DNA of 64,000 bases from Legionellales bacterium (GCA_026125385.1 JAHCLG010000002.1:77179-141178), one strand, 5' to 3'; shown: positions 23,182 to 33,113, numbered from the stretch's first letter. The notes: generated by a model from the letters alone, not told the origin. Program-made: numbers and translations.

Positions 23182-24060
23182 ATGAATATGAAACGTCGCG
23201 GCTTAGGTCGAAATTTAGATGCGTTATTAGGTAGTTCTTTAGAAATAACTACGCCAACCTCGGCTGAAACATCGGGAGAGGAATATCGTTTAATTCCCAT
23301 TGAACGCATTCAACGCAGCCCGTTTCAACCACGGCGTGAATTTGATCAACAAGCATTAGAAGAATTAGCGCAATCTATACGTGCGCAAGGATTAATTCAA
23401 CCAATCATATTACGTCGCTTAATTACCGGCGATTATGAATTAGTGGCAGGCGAACGGCGCTGGCGTGCTTCGCAATTAGCTGGATTAAACGAAATTCCCG
23501 CGTTAATTCGTGATCTTCCCGACAATGCGGTGATGGCCATGGCCTTAATTGAAAATATTCAACGCGAAAATTTAAATCCCATCGAAGAAGCGCAAGCCAT
23601 ATCACGATTAATTCATGAGTTAGACATGACACATCAACAAGCCGCCGATGCCTTAGGCAAATCGCGCACAGCGATCACTAATTTATTACGCTTATTAAAT
23701 TTACACGCCGATGTTCGCATCCTGTTGGAACGTGGTGATATTGAAATGGGACATGCGCGCGCCTTGTTAGCATTAGAAAATCGTGAGCAATTATCAACAG
23801 CGCGACATATTGTGGAAAAATCACTTTCGGTGCGTGAGACGGAAAAATTAATTCGTCGATTATTAGAAGGGATCACTAACACGGCTGCTGAAAAAAATAA
23901 TATGAATATCGATCCTGATATTAAAGCCTTAGAAAATAAATTATCGGAAAAATTAGGCGCTAAAATTGAAATTAAATTCGATCGCTCTGGGAAAGGAAAT
24001 TTAATTATTTCATATAATAGTTTAGCTGAATTAGATGGTATTCTAGCACACATACATTAG
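23182..24060 (+). CDS. parB: Chromosome partitioning protein ParB (Spo0J)
   Basis: 292 aa. ParB box GERRWRAS. HTH region. Confidence 0.9.
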   Translation: MNMKRRGLGRNLDALLGSSLEITTPTSAETSGEEYRLIPIERIQRSPFQPRREFDQQALEELAQSIRAQGLIQPIILRRLITGDYELVAGERRWRASQLAGLNEIPALIRDLPDNAVMAMALIENIQRENLNPIEEAQAISRLIHELDMTHQQAADALGKSRTAITNLLRLLNLHADVRILLERGDIEMGHARALLALENREQLSTARHIVEKSLSVRETEKLIRRLLEGITNTAAEKNNMNIDPDIKALENKLSEKLGAKIEIKFDRSGKGNLIISYNSLAELDGILAHIH

Positions 24061-24213
24061 TAGCCTGGAACGTAGCGCAGCCGTAGCCTGGAACGGAGCG
24101 CAGCCGTAGCCTGGAACGTAGCGTAGCGAAGATCCAGGATCTTAGCATCTTTAGAACTTCGATCCTGGATCTTCGCTGCGCTACGTTCCAGGCTACGGGC
24201 TTTCCAGGCTACA
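24061..24213. repeat. Compound palindromic REP-like element, copy 2. Begins at the first base after the parB stop.
   Basis: TAGCCTGGAACGTAGCGCAGCCG x3, the core GAAGATCCAGGATC-TTAGCATCTTTAGAAC-TTCGATCCTGGATCTTC, and two inverted units (CGTTCCAGGCTAC). Confidence 0.8.
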
Positions 24214-24244
24214 TCCAAATTAAATCAACAAGGATCAAAAAATC

Positions 24245-25237
24245 ATGGCCTGGGGAAATTCCGCAACACAATATTTTTATCAACTCACGCCTGAGTGTAT
24301 TTTAGATCACATAGAACAATCGACAGGATTACAATGCACGGGACGCGTGCAAGCGTTAAATAGTTTAGAAAATCGTGTTTATGAAATAGAAATTATTAAT
24401 GACGAAGCGCAACATCCTTACGATAATTTTATTATTGCCAAATTTTATCGTCCTGGTCGTTGGAGCGAACAACAAATTTTAGCGGAGCATCAATTTTTAC
24501 ACGAATTGCAGCAAGCCGATATTCCTGTTGTAGCACCTCGCTTTTTTATCGATAAAAAAACGTTGCACTATGCCAATTCCATTTATTACACTACTTTTCC
24601 TAAAATGAGTGGCCGCAATCCCGAAGAATTAAGTTTCGATGAATTAGCCATTATCGGGCGATTGTTGGCGCGCTTACATACCGTTGGCGCAACGCAAAAA
24701 TCGATTTCACGGATCAATTTAACACCCGATACTTATGGTCGTGCCAATTTACATTATTTAATTGAAAATGATTTTTTACCACCGGAAATTAAACAAGATT
24801 ATATTCAAATGGTGAATGCCATTTGTGATAAAAGCGATCCGTGGTTTAAGTGCGTGAAGATGCAACGCATTCATGGCGATTGCCATTTAGGCAATTTATT
24901 ACAAGGTCAACACGGATTTTATTGGGTGGATTTCGATGATATGGTAATAGGTCCTCCCGTGCAAGATGTATGGTTAATTGTGCCAGGGCGAGATGAAGAA
25001 TCGCAAATTCGTTTGCGCCATTTATTAGACGCCTATCTTAGTTTTTGCGATTTTGATAGGAAGAGTTTACGCTTAATCGAACCCTTACGTGCATTGCGTT
25101 ATATCAATTTCAGCGCCTGGATCGCCAAACGCCGCGATGATCCTGCTTTTTTACACGCATTCCCCGATTTTGGCACCCCTCGCTATTGGCTACAACAATT
25201 AACCGATTTACAACAACAATGGGCATTAATGGCGTAG
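24245..25237 (+). CDS. srkA: Stress-response Ser/Thr kinase SrkA (YihE/RdoA family)
   Basis: 330 aa. Alignable over its length to E. coli YihE from memory (NSLENRVYEIE ~ NSYENRVYQFQ, KFYRPGRW..QILAEHQF ~ KFYRPERW..QILEEHQF). Catalytic HGDCHLGNLL and DFDD motifs. Confidence 0.8.
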   Translation: MAWGNSATQYFYQLTPECILDHIEQSTGLQCTGRVQALNSLENRVYEIEIINDEAQHPYDNFIIAKFYRPGRWSEQQILAEHQFLHELQQADIPVVAPRFFIDKKTLHYANSIYYTTFPKMSGRNPEELSFDELAIIGRLLARLHTVGATQKSISRINLTPDTYGRANLHYLIENDFLPPEIKQDYIQMVNAICDKSDPWFKCVKMQRIHGDCHLGNLLQGQHGFYWVDFDDMVIGPPVQDVWLIVPGRDEESQIRLRHLLDAYLSFCDFDRKSLRLIEPLRALRYINFSAWIAKRRDDPAFLHAFPDFGTPRYWLQQLTDLQQQWALMA

Positions 25238-25370
25238 CTTGTAGCCTGGAACGGAGCGCAGCCGTAGCCTGGAACTTCGCTGTGCTGCGATCCAGAACCG
25301 GAATTCTAAAGATGCTAGGATCCTGGATCGCAGCGCAGCGAAGTTCCAGGCTACGGCTCCCCAGGCTACG
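25238..25370. repeat. Compound palindromic REP-like element, copy 3. Core in opposite orientation; begins right after the srkA stop.
   Basis: GTAGCCTGGAAC units, then ...GCGATCCAGAACC-GGAATTCTAAAGATGCTAGGA-TCCTGGATCGC..., then inverted units. The central GGAATTCTAAAGATGCTA is the reverse complement of the copy-1 core. Confidence 0.8.
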
Positions 25371-25507
25371 TTAAGGAATAAATTCAAGTAGTTAACTATA
25401 ATAAAGTAATTTTATATGTACTTCTGGTTAAAAATTGTATAGAATAAAATCTGCTATACTTAGCTTGAGAATAGCAAACTATAAATAATTCGGTGGAGAT
25501 GATAACG

Positions 25508-26011
25508 ATGAAAAAGATTTCTAAAATGTTGGGTTCGATTGCATTGGGTGTTAGCTCGATTTTTTTGGGATTTAGCGGTACTGCGTTTGCGGATATTACT
25601 TTACAGCTGTCTAATGCGCCTGGAAATTGGTGTGGTAGCGTGCGTCATGGATGGGAATTTTCATTTGTAGGTTACACCAGTAACGGTACTCAAGTAAAAG
25701 ATTTTGGTACCGTCACTTTAAATGCTGCCAATTCTACTCCAAAACCTATTATAGTTCCGACGAGTGATATTGCTAACGTTGCTTATGTGCGAATTTACGG
25801 GTATTTTTCATACCCGGATACTCCACTTACTACGTGCCCTAAACCCGCTGTGCAGCCAGAAGGAATTATTTCAGGCACAACAAATTATGCGTTTTATACA
25901 AAATGCCTCAAAGCCATTCCCGATAACACCGTCATCACGATAACTGATGGTGAGACGGATACACAGGATTCACATATTCTTGATAATGCTCCGACGGGTT
26001 GTACACCTTAA
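25508..26011 (+). CDS. hypothetical secreted protein
   Basis: ATG 25508 with GGAG upstream. Signal peptide MKKISKMLGSIALGVSSIFLGFSGTAFA. 167 aa. No recognised domain. Confidence 0.5.
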   Translation: MKKISKMLGSIALGVSSIFLGFSGTAFADITLQLSNAPGNWCGSVRHGWEFSFVGYTSNGTQVKDFGTVTLNAANSTPKPIIVPTSDIANVAYVRIYGYFSYPDTPLTTCPKPAVQPEGIISGTTNYAFYTKCLKAIPDNTVITITDGETDTQDSHILDNAPTGCTP

Positions 26012-26032
26012 GGAAACCTATATATATTATCC

Positions 26033-26067
26033 AACAACGCACTCCTTTACGAGTGCGTTGTCGTTTT
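26033..26067. terminator. Bidirectional rho-independent terminator (CAACGCACTC-CTTTAC-GAGTGCGTTG + TCGTTTT)
   Basis: Perfect 10-bp stem between convergent 25508..26011 (+) and yejM (-). The yejM stop codon sits in the loop. Confidence 0.55.
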
Positions 26068-27954
26068 ATAAAATTGAGAAAGCAGATTAAAAAATAGTTT
26101 AATCATCTCTGGATTAATTTTTTGCTGATGCAGCGTTTTAGCTCCCAACGTTTGCACCAAAACTTCCCCCGAATTCAAAAAACTCAAGATGTAATCTTTC
26201 GTCACCAATCCCATATAACTATAACTGCCCACAATTAAATACGGTTGTAATTTTTGAATAAATAAATTTTCACCGATGCTGTAATCATTTGTTGGATTGC
26301 GACAGTGAAATACATCTTGTAATAACGTGGGGACAATATCGTAATGAGAAGTGGGGTAATTAATTGTATCAGCATTTTTTCCCGGCCAATGGATCACTAA
26401 CGGCACTTGTATTTGATAGCGCGTAAAATTGCTGGCATGTTCCCAATAATTTAAATGATTGTCATTAAATTCTTGTCCGTGATCGCTAGTAATAATAATG
26501 ATCGAATTATCCCACAAACCTTGTGCTTTAATTGCCGCTAAATCTTTGGCAACTTCGCCGTCAATAAAATGCAAAGCGTTACGATAGCGATTTAAATATG
26601 GGATAAGATTGGTATCATTATTTAACAATAAGCGATTGCAGTGTTGAATGGCGGGTTGAAACGGTTGCGGATAATCTTGCAAGGTGCAATAAGCGTGAGC
26701 AGAATCATAAAATAAAAAGGCAAACTTGGGTTGTGGATGCTTCTGTAAAAATGTTTGAAATTCTTGAGTAATTTTTCGATCGCGATCGACTGCATAATTA
26801 CCTGGCGTAATACGTTGCAAATGTTTAATCTTAACAAAAATATTTTCATAAAGTGGGGGAACATATAAATTAGCGCTGGCAAAAATGCCAATGGAATAGT
26901 GAAATTGTTGTAATATATCGATCAACACAGGGCTGGTTTTGGATGCTGTCATCGCTGTCCAATATTGGCTAGGGATACTGTAAAATAACGAAAATAATCC
27001 CGGTAGTGTGGCATTTCCTCCGCTAAAATGCTGTTTAAACTCAATCGACTGTTGGGCAAAGCGAGCAATATTTGGTGTAATCTCAGGAGTTAAACTATCA
27101 AAGCGCCAAGCATCGATGCCAATAATAAAAATATTCGGTAATTTTTCATTAGGCTTAATGATTAAAGGATGTTGGGGATAATTTAAGGGCGCTGAGTTTT
27201 GTGCTAATTGCGAATAACGCGTTTCACTTTCGCGTTGTAAAAACTGTGCCATATTTTTGGGAAAGACTACGTTAATGAAAATATCATAACCAGGAAAAAT
27301 CACATTTTGTTTACTAAACTGATTAATACCTGTGCTAGCACCTAAAATTAATAAAATAAACGATAGGATTAAACATCCACCATTCACTATCGCGTAGCGT
27401 TTAATCATGCGGAGGGAAAATCGCTTGCTGCAATAAGCTGCGAGAAAATGCACGCAGATTTGCGCACTCATCATCAACCCAATCATAAAGAACAACATCA
27501 GGTTTTCACGCGATGAAAAATTTAATACATCATTCCCCATACTGCCGGAAATAAACATGGAAAAAATCATGCTATTTAAATGAAAGCGATAAAGATTAAA
27601 AATATAAGTGTCAGTGTACAATAATAATAATGCAAGGCTAAATAACATTGAACTTAATAAAAAAATTAGCCGTCGCCAGGGTAATATGATACTAATCACC
27701 ATCATCAACAGACTTGGCAGGAATGCGAGTAATGCAAAATAACTGCAATAGGTTATCAATAAATAAAAATAGACGAGAATTTTTCCGAAGATATTAATAG
27801 GGCCTAAATACGGGCCTAAAAAATACAAATTCAGTGGTAAGACATTAAATAAATAGTGTGACGCGATTAACCACATCAGTACAGTATTGAATAACCATAT
27901 CCATAATAACAATTTAAGCAAAGAAAAACGCGCAGTAGAATTAAATCGTCGCAT
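26047..27954 (-). CDS. yejM: Inner-membrane protein YejM/PbgA/LapC family (5-TM + periplasmic sulfatase-like domain)
   Basis: 635 aa. N-terminal TM block with YRFHLNSMIF (cf. E. coli TRFHLHLNPIV). C-terminal GIDAWRFD, FSGGNATLPGLFSLFY and PLVIHWPGKNADTINYPTSHYDIVPTLLQ closely match the YejM C-terminus as recalled. Confidence 0.8.
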   Translation of the reverse strand: MRRFNSTARFSLLKLLLWIWLFNTVLMWLIASHYLFNVLPLNLYFLGPYLGPINIFGKILVYFYLLITYCSYFALLAFLPSLLMMVISIILPWRRLIFLLSSMLFSLALLLLYTDTYIFNLYRFHLNSMIFSMFISGSMGNDVLNFSSRENLMLFFMIGLMMSAQICVHFLAAYCSKRFSLRMIKRYAIVNGGCLILSFILLILGASTGINQFSKQNVIFPGYDIFINVVFPKNMAQFLQRESETRYSQLAQNSAPLNYPQHPLIIKPNEKLPNIFIIGIDAWRFDSLTPEITPNIARFAQQSIEFKQHFSGGNATLPGLFSLFYSIPSQYWTAMTASKTSPVLIDILQQFHYSIGIFASANLYVPPLYENIFVKIKHLQRITPGNYAVDRDRKITQEFQTFLQKHPQPKFAFLFYDSAHAYCTLQDYPQPFQPAIQHCNRLLLNNDTNLIPYLNRYRNALHFIDGEVAKDLAAIKAQGLWDNSIIIITSDHGQEFNDNHLNYWEHASNFTRYQIQVPLVIHWPGKNADTINYPTSHYDIVPTLLQDVFHCRNPTNDYSIGENLFIQKLQPYLIVGSYSYMGLVTKDYILSFLNSGEVLVQTLGAKTLHQQKINPEMIKLFFNLLSQFYKTTTHS

Positions 27955-28630
27955 GATGTGGGTTTTTTTCCTGAGAATGGATGAGCCGTTGCAATTCTTG
28001 ATGAATGGCTAATAAATCAATCCAGGCTTTGGCTTTATCGCTGGGAGATCGTAATAAATACGCCGGATGAAATGTCACGCGCAACGGTATGCCTTGAAAA
28101 TCGAATTGCTGCCCGCGCAATTGATTTAAAGGTGTTGTGGTTTTTAATAAAAAATGCGCGGCGATGCGTCCCACGGCGACAATCATTTTAGGTTGTAGTA
28201 ATTCAATTTGTTGAATTAAAAAAGGCGTGCAGGAAGTAACTTCTTCGGGTTTGGGATCGCGATTATTCGGCGGGCGACATTTTAAAATATTGGCAATAAA
28301 AACCGTTTGACGATTTAAGCCAATCGCTTTCAACATATTATCCAGCAATTGCCCAGCACGTCCCACAAACGGTTCGCCTTGTTGATCTTCATGAAATCCG
28401 GGAGCTTCACCTACAATCAATAAATCCGCTTGGCGATTACCCACACCAAACACAGTTTGGGTACGGGTTTTTTCTAATCCACAGGCTTGGCAATTCTTGA
28501 TTTTGTGATTCAACGCTTCCCAAGGATTCGCCAAATCTTGATTTTCCGCTGATGCAATAGTGCACTCTCGCGACTGCCACACCGTCACGCCCATTTGTTG
28601 TAAATAAAAAATTCGTTGCTGCTCGTTCAT
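27941..28630 (-). CDS. Uracil-DNA glycosylase, family 4 (Fe-S type)
   Basis: 229 aa. GEAPG motif LLIVGEAPGFHEDQQGEPFVGRAGQLL. Cys cluster CQACGL...C. C-terminal HPAYLLR. Confidence 0.8.
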   Translation of the reverse strand: MNEQQRIFYLQQMGVTVWQSRECTIASAENQDLANPWEALNHKIKNCQACGLEKTRTQTVFGVGNRQADLLIVGEAPGFHEDQQGEPFVGRAGQLLDNMLKAIGLNRQTVFIANILKCRPPNNRDPKPEEVTSCTPFLIQQIELLQPKMIVAVGRIAAHFLLKTTTPLNQLRGQQFDFQGIPLRVTFHPAYLLRSPSDKAKAWIDLLAIHQELQRLIHSQEKNPHHATI

Positions 28631-28826
28631 GGGCGCTATTTTATCCTGTTTTTACCCGCTGATGCGACATATTTAGAGTGGCTGGATAGTCAATCATGTC
28701 TATGTCTATAATGCTTAATTGGCAATCGAGTATGCTCACCTAGGCGCTTGCAGCCAACTGCTGGGGATCAATTTAATACTTGCGTATTCTCAGTAGGTAA
28801 CAGATTTAATGAGGAGTATAGATAAC

Positions 28827-29558
28827 ATGATGTATGGTGAACTTTGCACAGAATTTTATAATGCAGATAAGTTATTTGCTGCTGCAGAAGAATTAACGTT
28901 TTATCAGGAATTATTTTCAAAGCAAGATAAGTTGCTCGAGCCGATGTGTGGTTCAGGAAGATTATTAATTCCGCTCGTACAACAGGGTTTCACCGTGGAT
29001 GGGTTTGATGCTTCAGCAGCCATGTTACACAGTTGCAAGCAACGCGCACAAGCGTCAAACGTTACCGCCTTCGTCACTGAAAATACCATTGATACTTTTG
29101 AAGCGGCAATTTTATATCAAGGTATTATTATTCCACTCGGATCATTCCAATTATTGTATCCTCATCAAAAAGCTTACCAAGCGTTAACACAATTTTATGA
29201 TTGGTTAGTTCCTGCGGGAAAATTAGTAATGGATTTATTTATCCCATGGGATGCGTTATACGAACATGCAGAAGTCGATGCCAGCACTCGCAAAGTGAAG
29301 TTATCCGCTACCGATTCTATCACCCTCACTAATCAAACGTTTGTTAATAAATTTGAACAATATTTAATTTCCAAATCGCATTATGCCAAATATTCCGGTG
29401 ATGCGCTTATTCAAGAAGAATACGAAGAAATGAATATATTATGGTATTATCGGCATGAAATGGGATTGATGTTAGAAAAATTTGGTTTTAAAAACATCCA
29501 ATATCGAAAACGTTTTTTAAATGGCAGTGATCATTTAACCTTTATTGCCGAAAAATAA
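28827..29558 (+). CDS. Class I SAM-dependent methyltransferase
   Basis: AGGAG RBS, ATG 28827. Motif I LEPMCGSGRLLIPLV..FDASAAML. Confidence 0.65.
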   Translation: MMYGELCTEFYNADKLFAAAEELTFYQELFSKQDKLLEPMCGSGRLLIPLVQQGFTVDGFDASAAMLHSCKQRAQASNVTAFVTENTIDTFEAAILYQGIIIPLGSFQLLYPHQKAYQALTQFYDWLVPAGKLVMDLFIPWDALYEHAEVDASTRKVKLSATDSITLTNQTFVNKFEQYLISKSHYAKYSGDALIQEEYEEMNILWYYRHEMGLMLEKFGFKNIQYRKRFLNGSDHLTFIAEK

Positions 29559-29661
29559 TTTATTTTGTATCGCAAAATTCAGGTGCTGATTGATCTAATA
29601 CCCTGTTCAGGCTTGAATTTTAGGCTTTGTTACCCAACTAATTAGTAATGCGTTGCGACTT

Positions 29662-30018
29662 TTAATCTTTGTTAGTTACCTTCGATGATTCAGACGACGA
29701 CTTAACATAAAATTCTTGTCCAACGCGCTGAATATGTGCCAATAGTTCAGGATTTTCGATGTGATGATAAATCGACAGATCAATTGTGTAGGGTAACAAC
29801 AAATCATCTAAGGCGAGGTCAATCGCCACCAAATCGGTATAGGTGAGTTGTTCTCCTTGCAGCGTTAAATCGATATCCGATGCGTGGCGATAATTTGCTT
29901 TAGCTCGCGAACCATACAAAATAGCTTTTTCAATGTGCGGATAGCATCGCAATACGGTTTGAATCGCTGCAATATCCTTATCATTTAAACCATATTTTTT
30001 TTTATCGGGGGAGTTCAT
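29662..30018 (-). CDS. Nucleotidyltransferase (MNT-type) antitoxin-like protein
   Basis: 118 aa. ILYGSRAKANYRHASDIDLTL is the GS..x(n)..DxD minimal nucleotidyltransferase signature. Its start overlaps the stop of the upstream HEPN frame (ATGA). Confidence 0.75.
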   Translation of the reverse strand: MNSPDKKKYGLNDKDIAAIQTVLRCYPHIEKAILYGSRAKANYRHASDIDLTLQGEQLTYTDLVAIDLALDDLLLPYTIDLSIYHHIENPELLAHIQRVGQEFYVKSSSESSKVTNKD

Positions 30019-30424
30019 GATTTTAGTTTTTCCATGGTATGACAGAACTCAAGAAATGCTGAGTAATAAACACTTAGGATTTTTTCGACAATTTCTTTTG
30101 CAATGGCTTTGTTATACGTGTGAGTGGTTTGATGGCGACTTTTAATCATTTCCATCCACATGTCACCGTCTTTAATCAGTCCTATTTTAAATCCCTCCCG
30201 ACTGGCATCACGCGATCCTGCAATCGTGGCGTTACCTTGGAAATAGGCATAATCTTTTAAGACATTCCATGCTAGCTCATGCGTAAACTCAAAAGCCTGA
30301 ATTAAGCCTTGTTGTTCTAACGAGGATAATTCACGCGATTGAGCTAAATTAACTCCCTCGGTTAATTGTTCCAGCGCTGCATTTAAGTTATTGAGTCATT
30401 GTTGCCAACGAATATCTGTCGACA
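30015..30424 (-). pseudogene. HEPN (HepT-like) toxin gene interrupted by an in-frame TGA at codon 10
   Basis: Minus-strand translation from ATG 30424 (RBS GAGGTAGAGAG) gives MSTDIRWQQ*. The same frame then continues for 125 codons: LNNLNAALEQLTEGVNLAQSRELSSLEQQGLIQAFEFTHELAWNVLKDYAYFQGNATIAGSRDASREGFKIGLIKDGDMWMEMIKSRHQTTHTYNKAIAKEIVEKILSVYYSAFLEFCHTMEKLKS. It contains the HEPN Rx4HxY motif (RHQTTHTY). There is no ATG/GTG/TTG in frame until 44 codons before the end. Confidence 0.6.
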
Positions 30425-30513
30425 TCGCTCTCTACCTCAGTCACCAAATCTTAAGTGTAACAGATGAGGTTAAAAACGGAATCTAAAGTGTTATTTCAGA
30501 ATGAGCGGCATCT

Positions 30514-30554
30514 TGACTTCACCCTCAGAATGTAGATAATAATGATTCTCATTT
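30514..30554 (+). promoter_or_regulatory. Sigma70-type promoter (TTGACT-17-ATAATA) with an overlapping Fur-box-like site GATAATAATGATTCTCATT upstream of feoABC
   Basis: -35 at 30514-30519, -10 at 30537-30542. The 19-mer 30536-30554 matches the Fur consensus GATAATGATAATCATTATC at about 12-13 of 19 positions. Confidence 0.5.
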
Positions 30555-30578
30555 AGATTAAGAGCTAATGGATAAATT

Positions 30579-30824
30579 ATGGCAGGTCTGGTGGATTTAA
30601 ATATTGGGGAATGTGGTAAAATTTTGGGTTTCCAAGAATGTCCCAAACCCTATCGGCAAAAATTATTGGCCATGGGATTAACGCGTGGGGCTAAATTTAC
30701 CGTGGTACGACGCGCGCCATTGGGCGATCCTATCCAAATATCATTGCGCGGTTTTGCTTTAAGTTTGCGTCAACACGAAGCCAGCGCCCTCATGATTGAG
30801 CGAATTAATGAATGGAAAAAATAA
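30579..30824 (+). CDS. feoA: Ferrous iron transport protein A
   Basis: 81-aa SH3-like FeoA. Overlaps the feoB start. Confidence 0.85.
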   Translation: MAGLVDLNIGECGKILGFQECPKPYRQKLLAMGLTRGAKFTVVRRAPLGDPIQISLRGFALSLRQHEASALMIERINEWKK

Positions 30825-33109
30825 CCGTCGCGTTAATTGGTAATCCCAATTGTGGAAAAACCACGTTAATCAATGCCCTAACCGGTAGTCAATTGCGTGT
30901 CGGTAACTGGCCGGGTGTTACCGTCGAGCGGAAAAGTGGTTTTTTTAATGACGGTCATTATCAGGTAGAAGTGATTGATTTGCCTGGCACCTATTCGTTA
31001 ACATCTGCTTCCAGTAAATCAGCAATGGATGAAGCGATTGCTACGCGATTTATCAGCGAAGATAAAGTTGATATTTATATTAATGTGATTGAAGCGACTA
31101 ATTTAGAACGCAATTTATTTTTAACCTCACAACTGCTTGATACGCAATTACCGATGATCATCGCAGTAACTATGATGGATGAATTAACACAAACAAGGCA
31201 GCAGCTTGACGTTGAAAAATTAAATCAATTATTAAATGTACCCGTTATTCCAGTTACTGCCATTAAAAAACAAGGCATCCAGCAATTAAAAAAGGCTATT
31301 GTCGAATATAGCCAGGCTAAAAAATCCAATCATCACCAAATTGCTTACTCACCACCCATAGAAAACGCCATTCAAGCACTCATTCCACAGCTGAATAACT
31401 CTTTTAAAAATTATAATGGTAATCATAGAATTTGGGCGTTACGTTTATTAGAAGATGATCAATTTGCTAAAAATATTATTAGCGAAGATTTAAAGCTAGC
31501 ACTTCACCAACAACAAGCAAACATTGCAGCGTGCGAAGATGATGCCGATATTTTAATTGCCGATGCCAGATATGAGTTTTCGCATCAAATTGCCAATAGC
31601 GTCTTAAACAAAGAACAGAGTAAAAATACCAATTTTACTACACGTTTAGATCACTTCGTGCTGAATCGTTTTCTCGGTATCCCATTATTTTTTGCCATGA
31701 TGTATTGCATGTTTTTATTTGCGATTAATATTGGCGGAGCATTTCAAGATTTTTTTGATATCAGCACCGACACCATTTTTGTCCAAGGATTTGCGCATTT
31801 GTTGCAGAGTATCTCAACTCCTTCGTGGCTCATCGCTATTTTAGCCAGTGGTGCTGGCAAAGGAATTAATACTACCGTAACCTTTATTCCAGTTATTGGC
31901 GGCATGTTTTTATTTTTATCCTTTTTAGAAAGTTCAGGTTACATGGCGCGCGCTGCGTTTGTGATGGATCGATTCATGCGAGCATTGGGATTGCCTGGAA
32001 AATCGTTTGTCCCATTAATCGTAGGATTTGGTTGTAATGTTCCCGCGATTATGGCTGCCCGCACGCTTGATTCTAAACGCGATCGTATTCTAACCATTAT
32101 GATGAGTCCTTTTATGTCTTGCGGAGCACGCTTGGCGATTTTCGCCGTGTTTACTGCAGCATTTTTTCCACGAGGGGGTCAAAATATTGTTTTTCTCTTG
32201 TATTTAATTGGTATCCTGATGGCGATTTTTACCGGATTATTATTACGTAAAACCGTACTCCAAGGTGAACCTGCTCCATTTATTTTAGAATTACCGCCCT
32301 ATCGTCTTCCCACAGTGCGCGCAGTATTAAGACAAACTTGGGCACGGTTAAAACGATTTTTAATTAAAGCTGGAAAATTAATTATCCCAATTTGTATTTT
32401 AATCGGCGCGCTTAATTCTTTAAGTGTCAGTGGCCATTTAATCACGGGAGATGCGAATCAAGATTCTTTATTATCTGCTCTTGGCCGTTTCTTAACACCT
32501 CTTTTTCATCCGATGGGGATACAAGATAATAATTGGCCTGCTACAGTGGGTTTGATTACGGGAACGTTGGCTAAAGAAGTGGTGATTGCAACGTTAAACA
32601 CGCTTTACATGCAAGTCGGTCATCTGGGATTAGCGTCGCAAACGCATTTTCAATTTTGGGAAAATTTACGCGCGGCACTGGTCTCAATCCCTACTAATTT
32701 AGCACAAATCCCGCACGCTTTGGGTAATCCAATTTTAGCGGCTGCACCCGATCACAGCGTGAATCCAGGTGTTTATGGCATTATGTATCAACGTTTTGGT
32801 GGACAAGTTGGCGCATTCGCTTATTTATTATTTGTTTTATTATATATACCTTGCATTTCTACTACCGCAGTCATGGCGCGCGAATTAAATAAATCGTGGA
32901 CGGTATTTTCAACACTGTGGGCATTGGGTTTAGCTTATGGAACGGCGGTGGTTTTTTATCAAGCATGCACGTTTTCGCATCATCCTTTTTATTCCTTCAG
33001 TTGGTTAATTGGAATTTTTTGCGGATTTACTGTAATTATTTTTATGATGCGTTATCTTGCTCATCAGAAAACGTCACTCGAATTTAATTCACTCATGGCG
33101 AAGGGATAA
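30812..33109 (+). CDS. feoB: Ferrous iron transport protein B
   Basis: 765 aa. N-terminal G domain IALIGNPNCGKTTLINALTG. Long polytopic permease domain. Confidence 0.95.
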   Translation: MEKITVALIGNPNCGKTTLINALTGSQLRVGNWPGVTVERKSGFFNDGHYQVEVIDLPGTYSLTSASSKSAMDEAIATRFISEDKVDIYINVIEATNLERNLFLTSQLLDTQLPMIIAVTMMDELTQTRQQLDVEKLNQLLNVPVIPVTAIKKQGIQQLKKAIVEYSQAKKSNHHQIAYSPPIENAIQALIPQLNNSFKNYNGNHRIWALRLLEDDQFAKNIISEDLKLALHQQQANIAACEDDADILIADARYEFSHQIANSVLNKEQSKNTNFTTRLDHFVLNRFLGIPLFFAMMYCMFLFAINIGGAFQDFFDISTDTIFVQGFAHLLQSISTPSWLIAILASGAGKGINTTVTFIPVIGGMFLFLSFLESSGYMARAAFVMDRFMRALGLPGKSFVPLIVGFGCNVPAIMAARTLDSKRDRILTIMMSPFMSCGARLAIFAVFTAAFFPRGGQNIVFLLYLIGILMAIFTGLLLRKTVLQGEPAPFILELPPYRLPTVRAVLRQTWARLKRFLIKAGKLIIPICILIGALNSLSVSGHLITGDANQDSLLSALGRFLTPLFHPMGIQDNNWPATVGLITGTLAKEVVIATLNTLYMQVGHLGLASQTHFQFWENLRAALVSIPTNLAQIPHALGNPILAAAPDHSVNPGVYGIMYQRFGGQVGAFAYLLFVLLYIPCISTTAVMARELNKSWTVFSTLWALGLAYGTAVVFYQACTFSHHPFYSFSWLIGIFCGFTVIIFMMRYLAHQKTSLEFNSLMAKG

Positions 33110-33113
33110 AGCG

